A DNA stretch of 64,000 nt from Amphiscolops sp. MND2022 (GCA_964187785.1 OZ076415.1:48980001-49044000), one strand, 5' to 3'; positions 25,990 to 36,479 are shown, numbered from the stretch's first letter. Numbers and translations are program-made. Notes: generated from the sequence alone by a model not told the origin.

Positions 25990-26860
25990 TTAATTGTACA
26001 AATAGTGGTACCCAATTACAAATACGAAACCCAAATGGTGAATGGACCCCAAATACCCAACCCAATTATCAAAGGCACCCAACCCAAATACCCAATTAGA
26101 CTAATTTACACACCAAATACTGACCACCACACACAATTACCGAATTGACGGTAAAAAGAAACTCTGCAAACCTTTTGGAATATTTCCTGGATTTTCAATC
26201 TTTTTTTCCTTGATACTTGTGAGGTTGAAAAATTAGTATTTTAGCATTTATTTTAAATACATTTGAGTTAATTTTGACTATCTGCTTGCTGTAACGTCTA
26301 AAGCGCACAGTGCTAGGAGGCAAAATCTATGATTGAAGATTTGTCTTTGATGACTGTAGTCAGTACGTTAAAATATATTGGTGATATATCGCTTTATATT
26401 GCGTCTGTCTTCGGTTGGCTGATGAGAATTCAGATGTTACAGAGATTGTCGATTCTGCTGTCGGTTATGAGACTGATGAAGGAGATAAGGGTGTTTTGGA
26501 GAATCCTGTAGCACCGAAGACATTTTCGTTTAATAATAACGGTTAATTTTAGTTTGCTTCAATTTATAAAGTTGAGCACAATTTAAGTTATTTTAATATT
26601 AACTTTTCTCATTGAAATCATGGTAGAAAATTATCTCAAATTGTTGGTTACACTTTCTTGTATGTTTCCATGCTTTTCGGAATTTCATATTTGTGGGATT
26701 TGGTCCGCTAAATTTTTTTCTGGAACCCAATTTTACTCCCAAGTATCACGAACCACCCAAATACCCAATCAAATAGTGGTTGTACCCCAAATACCAAATA
26801 CCCAAATAGTGAATCTGCAACTCAGCTCAAATATCATCAACCCCATTAATTGGCAACCCC
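25990..26860. repeat. CCCAAATACCCAA-motif clusters (25990-26150, 26720-26860), probably MITE arms
   Basis: Dense imperfect CCCAA(A)TA motifs in two same-orientation clusters. ORF 26620-27204 reads through this low-complexity repeat. Confidence 0.45.
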
Positions 26861-27396
26861 GCCCAGAGACACCAGCGGTTACAATTAAAACCCCACTGAA
26901 GTGCAACTGTCCTCCAAAGAGTCCCCTCAGAGTTCAGAACAAGCGTCTGCTGGACAAGGGTTTCAAGCAATACAACTTTCCTCCTGGATCACCCGACGAG
27001 GAGTCTAATTGTTGTGATAAACTTAATGAAACCTTGTCACCTGACAAACGGTTACCCGTAGCACAGTTTCCCGCGGAGAACCTACGTACTCCCCCGGACG
27101 GTCTCAGCGATAAAAGCATGCCATGCGAGACTAAAAAACGGAATAAGATCTACATCAATCAATGGACATGGATAGGTTGTTCTCCACCAATAAAAAAACG
27201 TTAGATCTTATTTCGTTCTTCCCTGTGAGACTTGAGGACTACTTTCGATTCTGACAGTCTTCATCGATTTACTACGACCAGATCGGAACGGAGGGAGGAA
27301 CATGTACAATGTCGTAAACTCTGTTATAACAGATGGTGAAATGTATATAAATTGTAGCAACCCAATAACCTATCAAGACACTGAAACAAAGATTTA

Positions 27397-27969
27397 GAGC
27401 TGACAGGATTCGAACCTACTCGACCAAGTCGCGACCTGACGTGCTGACGGCTTCCGGCAATACAGTCGAATTTTGACTCGTCGAATGAATAATGTAGATG
27501 AATAACGTCGAATGAATAGCGTAGATGTTAGTCGAACATATTTGAGTCGAACTCTTGTCGAATTTGTTCGAATTAAAATTTTAGGTTCAAAAAAATTTAG
27601 GTATTTTCCCCATCTAATGTCGGGTGATATACTGTGTATGCACGGTCACCCTCACCGTCGCAAAGACCAGCTCCCACACGATCGCTTCCTGATCTCCGAT
27701 TCCGCTCGGTCTTTGCTCCTGTTCGACCTCGCTTAGCAAGATGGGAACATAAGAGGCCCCAAGGGGCCGCGGGGCACTAGAGGAAATGGGGCATATTCGA
27801 CGGCCAAAACATTATCAGATCATTTTACCTTTGCAATGACATCGACGCAATTACTTCGACATAAGTCCGTCGACGATTGTACTTCGACGCTAGTTATACG
27901 GTTCAAATTCGACTTTAGTCGTTCGACTTTATTGCTGGACTTTCGTGCTGACCATTACACTACTGCCCC
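27397..27969 (-). pseudogene. tRNA-like (pseudo-tRNA or SINE head) sequence split by a MITE
   Basis: Removing 27449-27943 and one TSD copy gives GGGGCAGTAGTGTAATGGTCAGCACGTCAGGTCGCGACTTGGTCGAGTAGGTTCGAATCCTGTCAGCTC, with A-box and B-box but poorly paired stems. Confidence 0.65.
27449..27943. mobile_element. Mutator-like MITE with GTCGAA arms and central cassette X
   Basis: 9-bp TSD CGTGCTGAC (27440-27448, 27944-27952); inverted GTCGAA/TTCGAC motif arms. Confidence 0.8.
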
Positions 27970-28066
27970 GAAATATTCGCAATCCGTCTAGACTTAATGA
28001 CCAAATAAGTGGCTGCTATAAAGTTTTTTTTAAATGTCATTTCATTTCAGGATCATTGTTTGAAAT

Positions 28067-28490
28067 GGTGTCGGGTCATAAGTCCGAAAGAATAAAATAA
28101 AATTTTTATTGTCCAAAAAGATTTCGGGGATCCAGCATAAGAAATACTTAGCACTGCATAATTCTCTGCAATCTGATTGGTTGACGCGGGTGAACCGGAA
28201 CGAAGTCCGTTCGGAGATTTTTAAAATGAACTTTTCAATTTCCCCTATTCAGCTATGTTCACATACTCCTAGTGCCCTAAATGCGAGGGAAGCGAAGCGG
28301 AGCGACGTGCCAATTGGCCATGCCTCAATGTTGCTACTTGACGAAGGGAGTGAAGCGACCGAGCCATACAACAAATATGAAGCATTTTTTGGATTTGTGC
28401 AACCCAATATAATTTTCGGACTTGTGCAACTCAAATTTATTTTCGGACTTGTGCAACCCAAACTTTTTTTCGGACTTGTGAATAGCCACC
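28067..28490 (+). mobile_element. Mutator-like MITE with AAGTCCGA/TCGGACTT arms and central cassette Y
   Basis: 9-bp TSD GTTTGAAAT (28058-28066, 28491-28499); GGTG...CACC ends. Confidence 0.85.
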
Positions 28491-28573
28491 GTTTGAAATA
28501 AATGTTTTAGTAATCTTTCTACAGGCGGCTATTCACAGTCCGAAAATAAATTTGGGTTGCACAAGTTCGAAAA

Positions 28574-29511
28574 CATGGATGTCAAGTATTTTTCAAGTTA
28601 CTTGATCAAGTATCAAGTATCACTAATTCAAATTCAAGTTCAAGTAATAAAATTTTAATTTTGTGTCAAAATTCAAGTATTTTCAAGTATTTGGGGAAAT
28701 TCAAGTATTTTTGAATGAATCCCTGGAATTTCAAGTAGTTTTTCAAGTATTTAAATTATTTTTCATACTTTTTTATTTGTTTTTCTTTTTTATTTTTAAA
28801 CTTTTTCAAATATATTTTTATCATTTTGTTCAATTCAACTAAATAGTTAAAATGAAAAATACTATTACATTACACAGCTAGGTCAAAAATATTTTAGGTT
28901 GAGATGTCTGATTCTGAAACGGACACTGAAGAAATAGTACATTTGCGACCAGCAAAACGAGCTAAAATTTTGTCCGCACAAAAATTCAGCGCAATGCCGC
29001 CGCAAGCGCATCAGTTTTAACATCAGCCATTAGAGAACAGTGTGAGTCTGAACACAGAGCATATTCGGTCTTGCCTGTAACCAAACCAGTTTCATTTTCA
29101 AGCTTTACAGCCCTTGAGCGACAAGGACAAGATGTCATTCTTACTGATGTATTGAAAAATTTGAAGCTGTCAAGTGTGGTTGCCGAAAGGCTTTTTTCAT
29201 ATGGCCGCCTTGCTAAGAATTATCTCCAGTCACGCATGTCTCCGGAAATACATAATCGTAACAACTTTTCGAATAAAAATTCAAAATAAAAACTGTTTTA
29301 CATAGCTTTCTGTAGCAGCTTATTCTTGTAATATAACAGCTTAAAAATGCACACGAGAAGTACATGCAGGCACTTAGTTTAAATTTTATATTTTCAAGTA
29401 TTAACATGTCAAGTATCAAGTAAAAACCTAATACTTGATCAAGTATCAAGTTCAAGTACTTCGAACAATTTCAAGTTCAAGTATCACGATGTCAAGTACT
29501 TGACAACCCTG
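28574..29511 (+). mobile_element. hAT deletion derivative
   Basis: 8-bp TSD TTCGAAAA (28566-28573, 29512-29519); TIRs CATGGATGTCAAGTA / CAGGGTTGTCAAGTA; TCAAGTA subterminal repeats; dimerisation-domain remnant SSVVAERLFSYG...SRMSPE (29071-29289). Confidence 0.88.
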
Positions 29512-29645
29512 TTCGAAAAAAAATTTGAGTTGCACAAGTCCGAAAATTAATTTGGGTTGCACAAATCCGAAAAATGCTTCATATTTGTTGTATGGCGCGG
29601 TCGCTTCGCAAGTAGCAACATTGAGGCATGGCCATATGGCACGTC

Positions 29646-30155
29646 GGGAACAAGACGTTTCGGCACAAGACGTTTCGGCAACAAGATGGCGGAAGACGTT
29701 TCGGCAACAAAATGTTGCCGAAACGTCTTTCACCTGCTGTGAAGACGTTTCGGCACCAAAGACGTTTCGGCAACAAGAAGAATAATCTGTAGTTTTCTTT
29801 AGTATGAAACGTGCCCCATATATGTCCCCATTTCCTCTAGTGCCCCGTGGCCCCTTGGGGCCGCTTATATTCCCATCTTGCTAAGCGAGGTCGAACAGGA
29901 GCAAAGACCTAGCGGAAACGGAGATCGCGAAGCGATCGTAGTGGGAGCTGGTCTTTGCGACGGTGAGGGCGAGCGTGCATACACCGAATATGGCCCCACA
30001 TTAGAAGGGGAAAGTACTGAAAATTTGTTGCCGAAACGTCTTTCACCTGCTGTGAAGACGTTTCGGCACCAAAGACGTTTCGGCAACAAAAAGTTGCCGA
30101 AACGTCTTCCGCCATCTTGTTGCCGAAACGTCTTGTGCCGAAACGTCCGGAACCC
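29646..30155 (-). mobile_element. MITE with GACGTTTCGGCA arms and central cassette X, inserted into cassette Y
   Basis: TSD GGCACGTC(G) (29638-29645/6, 30156-30163/4); ~60-bp inverted arms GACGTTTCGGCACAAGACGTTTCGGCAACAAGATGGCGGAAG. Confidence 0.88.
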
Positions 30156-30598
30156 GGCACGTCGCTTCGCTTCGCTTCGCTCCTGCATTTAGGGCACTGA
30201 GAGTATGTGAACATAGCTGACTAGGGGAAATTGAAAAATTCATTTTTAAAATCTTTGAACGGACTTCGTTCCGGTCCGCCCGCGTCAGCCAATCAGATTG
30301 CAGAGAATTATACAGTGCTAAGTATTTCTTATGCTGGATTTCTGAAATCTTATTGGACGATAAAAATTTAATTTTATCTTTCGGACTTGTGACCCGACAC
30401 CTTTCTACAAATAGAGGTTTGTAAAGCTGGCATGAGCAATAGCAGTGCTTCATCGTTTATTTCGTTTCCTCTTTGTTCGCAGACCAGGGATGTGAGTCAT
30501 CCCCCTACATTAATTTCTACACGGCACTATATTAAGGACGACGATCTATGTCATCTGAGAGATGATAAAAAATTGAGAAAAAATAAATCGACAAAAGT

Positions 30599-30948
30599 GG
30601 GTGGGCGGAAGTAGGTCGAAGGAACGGGATCGAAAATCAGAGTTAGTCTTCAGGTCGACATACCAAATTTTTTGAATGGGATCGAAACAACTCGGATCGA
30701 AATTTTTATAACGTAGTCAGATATGTTCACATACCCCTAGTGCCCTGAATGCAGGAGCGAAGCGAAGCGGAGCGACGTGCCTAATGGCCATGCCTCAATG
30801 TTGCTACTTGGCCAAGGGAGCGAAGCGACCGAGCCATACAACAAATACGATAAAATTCGACTGCATTCCTTTCGATCCCTGCAATTCGATCAAAAGGTTC
30901 GACCTCTGTCCTTTCGACCAGAAAAATTCGACCTATTTACAGCCACCC
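30599..30948 (+). mobile_element. Mutator-like MITE with GATCGAA/TTCGATC arms and central cassette Y
   Basis: 9-bp TSD GACAAAAGT (30590-30598, 30949-30957); ends GGGTGG...TAGGTCGAA / TTCGACCTA...CCACCC. Confidence 0.85.
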
Positions 30949-31478
30949 GACAAAAGTTTCCATTTTTTTTGGGAAATCAGTTTGAAATTTTATCACAAAA
31001 TACGCGACAACTAGCAGCAATTTTCTTATACTCGCATCTGTACAACACCGGTAATGTCTCGGTTTCTACAAATTGTGAAAGTCTTTCACCAAAGTTTTCC
31101 GTGCAATGGTTTGCTATTTCCTATGTGCTATCTAACATGATGACCAACATGGCACCGATGCTCAATGTCATCTGAGAGAGGAAAAGTAAAAAGGTAAAAA
31201 AAAAGTAAAAACTCCTGACTAAATGCAGTCCCTGCATATTTTGTCGGAATTATTAATATAACGTCGTCAGCTTTGTCCACATACTCCTGGTGCCCTAAAT
31301 GCAGGAGCGAAGCGAAGCTGAGCGACGTGCCATATAGCCATGCCTCATTGTTGCTACTTGGGGAAGAGAGCGAAGCGACCGAGCCATACAAGATATATGG
31401 TAACCTCTTCTAGGTACCACACTTAGGAGTTTTCAGGCCGGCTGCATAAGTTTTGTAGGCACCACACTTGGTCAGGAG

Positions 31479-32653
31479 GGTGACCGGAAATGAGACCTAA
31501 AATTTCAAAAGGAATAAGACCTAAGGGGATCAGCCCTTAAACCGAAAAGTAGTGGAATAAGACCTAAAAAACAGGAATAAGGCCTAAAATGCGGAACAAG
31601 AGCTGAAACGATTCGATTTTCTAGAGAAAAAACGTTTGAAGCCTGGATTACCAAATCTTCAGAAACATCAGCGGATGGAATTGAGGTTATCCACACAAAT
31701 AACCTTTCGATTACAAACTTTTCAATCATTACTTCCTTTTCCTCGTAACGATTTTATGAAATCGTCAGATTTCAAATCATTTTATTTGATAAGTTTCTGA
31801 GTTAGATTTGTCCTGGGTCCATTGAACTCTCTGGTTGCATGATCTGGTTTTTAAATTTTTTTATGTTTCCTATGTTGGTTGGATTTTTTTGTCTGCCGCC
31901 CGGGCTGGGGGCACATGATGAATAAAGAAGCGTTTTTAAATGACGACGACGATCCAATTCTGATTAAAACACTTTCATTTAAGAAAAAAATATTACCTTT
32001 CGGAAAGGTCTTACAATATTTTTGTAAGACCTTCCCCACCGAATGTGGAGCATATACGGTGTATGCACGCTCGCTCTCACCGTCGCAAAGACCAGTTCCC
32101 ACTACGATCGCTTCGCGATCTCCGTTCCCGCTAAGTCTTTGCTACTGTTCGGCCTCGATTAGCAAGATGAGAACATAAGCGGCCCCTGGGGCACTAGAAG
32201 AAATGGCGAAATATCGTATGCACGTTTTATACATATTTTAAACATATTATTCCTTAGTTACTATTATTGCACATGACGAAGTCAATGTGCATTGCAGTCC
32301 AGCTAAGTGAGTTTTTTTCCACTATAGTCAACTTCATAATGAGCGCCTTTTAGAAAAAAGCCAAAACCCCAGAGAGATTCGAACCTGCAGCCTCCCGATT
32401 GCACGGCATAAGTGTTGACCACTGTGCCATAGGGACGTTATTGAACGAAGTTGAACTGTTGAATATATACGCATGCGATTGAATATATACGATTTTTCGG
32501 CATCTTTAAAATAATCGATGTCTTCGTCATGTGTTGCGAAGCACCGCTTCACCTCTGTGTTATTATTCCTTTAGTTACTATTCTGTTCTCCCCTTGGGTC
32601 TCATTCAGCATTTTAGGTCTTAATCTCGTTTTTACGTCTTGTTCCGGTTTTTG
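31479..32653 (+). mobile_element. Mutator-like MITE with ATAAGACCT/AGGTCTTA arms and cassette X, inserted beside a cassette-Y copy (31267-31392)
   Basis: Imperfect 9-bp TSD GGTCAGGAG / GGTCTGGAG (31470-31478, 32654-32662); inverted CCGGAA..AGAC arms. Confidence 0.65.
32262..32560. mobile_element. Small element with Helentron/HINE-like termini and an internal antisense tRNA-like segment
   Basis: 5' palindrome GCACATGACGAAGTCAATGTGC (32269-32290); inverted CTTCGTCATGTG (32522-32533); hairpin GAAGC-ACC-GCTTC (32538-32550); minus-strand A/B-box sequence 32367-32436. Confidence 0.55.
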
Positions 32654-32796
32654 GGTCTGGAGTACCGTAAAAAGAAATGGCCGGATAATCATGGCTTCGA
32701 TCTTCGAGATGATGTTACTACGCATGATCTGACTAAATTACAAAAACTGATATCAGATGAAATTCCATTGAAGAAACATTCGATGCTTTTTAGAAT

Positions 32797-33465
32797 ATGG
32801 CCAGTGAAAGTGAACAAGAGTTTGAAGAATTGAAGGAGAAAATTGATGTGCTTCTTCAGGGGATAGAGCTTTATAATCCCGAAAATGCGTCAACATTCGA
32901 GGCTTATGTTGAAGCACAAGTAGCTCTGAATAAGTATGATTTCCGGGCAAATTTGTCTTTATTGAAGCTGTATCAGTTCGACCCTCCTCGAGTGAACGAT
33001 CAGATAACACTAAAAATTCTGCTAAAAGCTATTGCAAACATGCCCTACCCGGACTTCTTGATATGCAAGTCACTAATGGACAAGGAGCTATGTGATTGCA
33101 TTCAACAAGAAGATTTAATGGGCGTTTTCAAAATACATTACCTTCTAGAGGTTTGTCAGTTTGAGGAAGCATGGCAGACAATTGATCAAATGCAATATCT
33201 CATTTGCAAAATTGAAGGCTTCGATGCTGCTGTGAGAAACTACATCGGTCATGTTGTGGCATCTACATTCGCCAACGTTCCCCGCGACTCGATGTGTCAG
33301 TTACTCGGTGGAATAAGTGTCGCTGTCCTCAACGAAATGGCATCCACGAGAAAGTGGCAAGTGACTAGCAACCAAGTGTTCTTTCCTGGACATGAAGACA
33401 ATGTTAAATCCAAAAATATCAAGGAAGTTTTGAATTTCGAAAAGGTGGCGGCTGCTCTTATTTAA
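32797..33465 (+). CDS. EIF3K: Eukaryotic translation initiation factor 3 subunit K, intronless, 222 aa
   Basis: LLQGIELYNPEN...EAYV..Q.....YD..ANL.LLKLYQFDP...ILLKA...P..DF..C..L, ending IK.KNIKE...FEKVA. AATAAA 12 nt after the stop. Confidence 0.95.
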   Translation: MASESEQEFEELKEKIDVLLQGIELYNPENASTFEAYVEAQVALNKYDFRANLSLLKLYQFDPPRVNDQITLKILLKAIANMPYPDFLICKSLMDKELCDCIQQEDLMGVFKIHYLLEVCQFEEAWQTIDQMQYLICKIEGFDAAVRNYIGHVVASTFANVPRDSMCQLLGGISVAVLNEMASTRKWQVTSNQVFFPGHEDNVKSKNIKEVLNFEKVAAALI

Positions 33466-34188
33466 TGTGTTTGTTCAATAAATTTTGGGTCTGATTTTGT
33501 TTTCATTCGCTGTTTTTAGAATTATCCAATGAATCGAGTTGAGTTTTTTATAAATCAATTCCATAGCCAGAGATTTTTTATTTCGGGAGCTAACATCACC
33601 TTATTTGAGGTCTCGAATTTGAGGACTATGTAAAACGAAAAGATTTTATGAGAATGTCAGAACTTTTTCGAGAATGCCGGTGATTGCAATTAGAGAATTA
33701 TATGAAATTAAAGCGGAAAGTTGGGCTTGAACCCAACAGATAAATCGAGACAAAATTGACTCCAAAAGTTGTTCCTTATTGAACGATTCATCTTTGTTTG
33801 AAATCTTTTCTTCAGACATAACTTCTCTTCCACTTACGGGTATTTTTTGGTTTGTTTCTTGGGACCGTTTCTGACACTGCAAGGAGGCTCTTCGTGTAAT
33901 ATGGGCATATAAAATATCAACCTACCGACCCGTGGTTTCGATGCGCGCGGTCTTTTTCTTCAGATGATGTATGTAATACCGCCTAACCAATTAACTGATG
34001 GTTGATTATTCTCAGCGGTTGATTGATTCAGCTGAAACTAACTGGTCCAGGCCAACGGTTTGACCGCTAAACGTAACTCAGCTAATTAGCAGAAGCGGTA
34101 TGTAGCTTTAGCTGAATTTTAATTTGAACAGCAAAATGTTGATTCCTCATGTAGATTATCGAATTCTCGTCATGCATTTCAGTTAGTT

Positions 34189-35703
34189 ATGGTTTCTTCT
34201 CGCTCTGAATCAGCTGACACCGGGTCATCGGGTAGCCGGAATCCCCGAAAGAGATTATTGTTTTCCAAAAGTCCCGGACCCAAGTCTAAACTATCAAAAC
34301 TTGTGGAAGATGCAGTCACATTTTCCCATCCGGACATCGAAGGAATTGCTCTGGCTTGTGGCCAGGGAGATACTGGTCAGCTGGGTCTGGGAGACACAAT
34401 CACGGAACGCAAGAGGTTCCAGCCTGTGAAGATGGAAGCAAAAGCTGTTCAAGTTGTCTGTGGTGGAATGCACTCGCTCTGTTCAGACAAAGCCGGTAAT
34501 GTTTACTCGTTCGGGTGCAACGATGAAAGCGCCCTGGGCAGGAAAACTAACGAGGAGGAGGAAAATTTTTTGCCCGAGATTGTTAAAATTCCACTCGCTA
34601 CTCCAATTGTTCAAATCTCTGCGGGGGACAGTCACTCAGCCGCCCTGGACTCCAGTGGGTCTGTTTTCATCTGGGGAATTTTCAGAGACAGTCAAGGTTG
34701 TTTGGGTTTATCAACCAACTTGATGCAACACTGCGTGGAACCTCTGAAGCTGGAAAATTTACCAGACATAGTGAAAATCTCAAGTGGATACAACCACGTG
34801 ACTATGCTCAGCTCAGATGGTGAAGCATACTCTGTCGGTGCCGCGGAGCAAGGTGAACTGGGAAGAGTTTCGAAGTATCAAAGTGTAAAGGGTGGAAGGC
34901 GAGGCATATCTTCTGTTCTGGAACCTGGAATTGTTCGGTTCCCAGGGCGGCATAAGGTGAAAAATGTGTGGAGCTTTAGTTACAATTCTTTTTTCCTATC
35001 CTCCAAAGACATACTTTTCTCATGTGGCCTCAACAATTGTGCCCAAACAGGTACCGAGGCGAAAGCGAACAACATCTTCATTCCTTTAAAATGCAAGTTT
35101 TTCAAAGACATCGAAGTTGTTGATGTTTGTGGAGGAGATCACCATGCAATGTTTTTGGACAAGAATGGTCATGTCTACGTAGTTGGTCGTGGTGATTTAG
35201 GTCGTCTTGGCATCGGTTATGAACCGAAAGACCCGGAGTTCATTAGTGAACCTAAGAAGTTAGAGCTAGACAATATTGTCAAAATAGCAGCTGGTACATG
35301 TGTATCCTTCGCCATTAACAACACCGGAAAGCTTTTTGCTTGGGGTGCTGGAACTAATCAGCAACTGGGTCTTGCTTGTGAAGATGATACCCTAAGTCCA
35401 GAACTCGTAGTCTCAAAACAGTTGGAAAACCGACAAGTTTTGCAAGTTTCAGCCGGTGGGCAACATTCCATGTGCTTGGTCAAAGACATAGACGGCGGAA
35501 AAGTTGAGGCTGGCGAATCGCAACCTGCTCAAAAACCAACCCCTGTTGATGGAATGCCGAATACCAGTGCTGCTGTTGAGGGCCATTCTATAGCGAACAC
35601 ACAAGATGTTCCTGAGAGCTCCGCTTTACTGCAACCCCTTTCAGAATCAGAGGCACCGATTGTATCAGATAAAGGTGACCAGTTTCCTGGGGCGTCTACC
35701 TGA
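34189..35703 (+). CDS. RCC1: Regulator of chromosome condensation (Ran GEF), intronless, 504 aa
   Basis: Seven RCC1 blades with orthologue-typical G.GDTGQLGLG, CGGMHS, YSFGCNDE.ALGR, SAGDSHSAAL, G.AEQG.LGR, GG.HH, GR...GRLG.G, AWG.GTN.QLG, VSAGGQH; basic N-terminal PRKR. Confidence 0.93.
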   Translation: MVSSRSESADTGSSGSRNPRKRLLFSKSPGPKSKLSKLVEDAVTFSHPDIEGIALACGQGDTGQLGLGDTITERKRFQPVKMEAKAVQVVCGGMHSLCSDKAGNVYSFGCNDESALGRKTNEEEENFLPEIVKIPLATPIVQISAGDSHSAALDSSGSVFIWGIFRDSQGCLGLSTNLMQHCVEPLKLENLPDIVKISSGYNHVTMLSSDGEAYSVGAAEQGELGRVSKYQSVKGGRRGISSVLEPGIVRFPGRHKVKNVWSFSYNSFFLSSKDILFSCGLNNCAQTGTEAKANNIFIPLKCKFFKDIEVVDVCGGDHHAMFLDKNGHVYVVGRGDLGRLGIGYEPKDPEFISEPKKLELDNIVKIAAGTCVSFAINNTGKLFAWGAGTNQQLGLACEDDTLSPELVVSKQLENRQVLQVSAGGQHSMCLVKDIDGGKVEAGESQPAQKPTPVDGMPNTSAAVEGHSIANTQDVPESSALLQPLSESEAPIVSDKGDQFPGAST

Positions 35704-36479
35704 AATCAAAAATTGCCGAAAACTTTCACCTCGCTGATTTTTTTTTTTACAAAATATCATTTCTCTGAATCCGTGTGTCTTGTTTTCATTTTTCTGCGCT
35801 TTTTCCTTGTGTTCTCTAGGAACTTTTTGATCTGAATGCCCATGAGCTTTGGATGAGTATCAGTTGTTCTTCTGTGAATTGAAATGTTTGTTGCTGATTA
35901 AGTCACACAAAAGTAAGTTTTTCAAGTTTTTCCTGCATGAATTTCTTGTATGTTCACTTGGTGGCTCAGTATTTCTGAGGACAGATTGTTATCAATCTGC
36001 ATTTTAGAGAAAGGTGCTTCAACTTGAGTATTGTTAGTATTGTTAAAGTAATCGGAACAAATTTTATAATTTGCATTAGAACAAGTACGGCGCTCAAATT
36101 ATCATTTTAATACACAGTTCAAAATTTGTGTAAATCGTTTTGTCATTTAATATTTTGGTCTATATTTCTTCATGCTAATACAAAGTGATAATAAATCGAA
36201 AAATTTTTTGCCCTGCCAAAGTTTTGAAGTGCTGCATCGAGCAAGACATGCCCAGTAAAGGAATAGTTTTGAGATAAAAACAGCGAAAAACTTCTTTACA
36301 GCTATGTCGGTAATCGACTAAAAATTAGTAATATATGAGGCTGAGACCAGACCTAGATTTCCCTTTTATTTCAAACAATCGTTTGTTGTTTGATGTTGAA
36401 ATCGTTTAATATAGCATGCTGCAAATATGTTGCATTTTGGAATATTGGCGAAATCAAGGCCTAAATACACCCTTCCGAC

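Larger units (their letters stand above)
28524..30400 (-). mobile_element. Second, inverted copy of the same Mutator-like MITE, hosting two nested insertions
   Basis: 9-bp TSD CTTTCTACA (28515-28523, 30401-30409). 30164-30400 is the reverse complement of ~28068-28310. Confidence 0.85.

Noticed and set aside
26620-27204. 194-aa ORF as a host gene
   Set aside because: It reads through the CCCAAATA repeat (QIPN repeats) into decayed sequence; no domain or splice evidence.
27449-30948. CRISPR-like array suggested by regularly recurring short motifs (GACGTTTCGGCA, GTCGAA, TCGGACTTGTG)
   Set aside because: The motifs are inverted about a centre, irregularly spaced and bounded by TSDs. They are MITE arms in eukaryotic DNA, with no constant repeat-spacer period and no cas genes.
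28109-32178. Numerous 60-136 aa ORFs with mutually similar peptides
   Set aside because: They are translations of cassettes X/Y and MITE arms on both strands; the similarity reflects DNA repeats.
32367-32436. Functional tRNA gene
   Set aside because: A- and B-boxes are present but the acceptor and anticodon stems do not pair; it lies within a repeat.
33646-33882. 78-aa minus-strand ORF between eIF3k and RCC1
   Set aside because: No recognisable motif or supporting signals; length is within chance range. Left unannotated.
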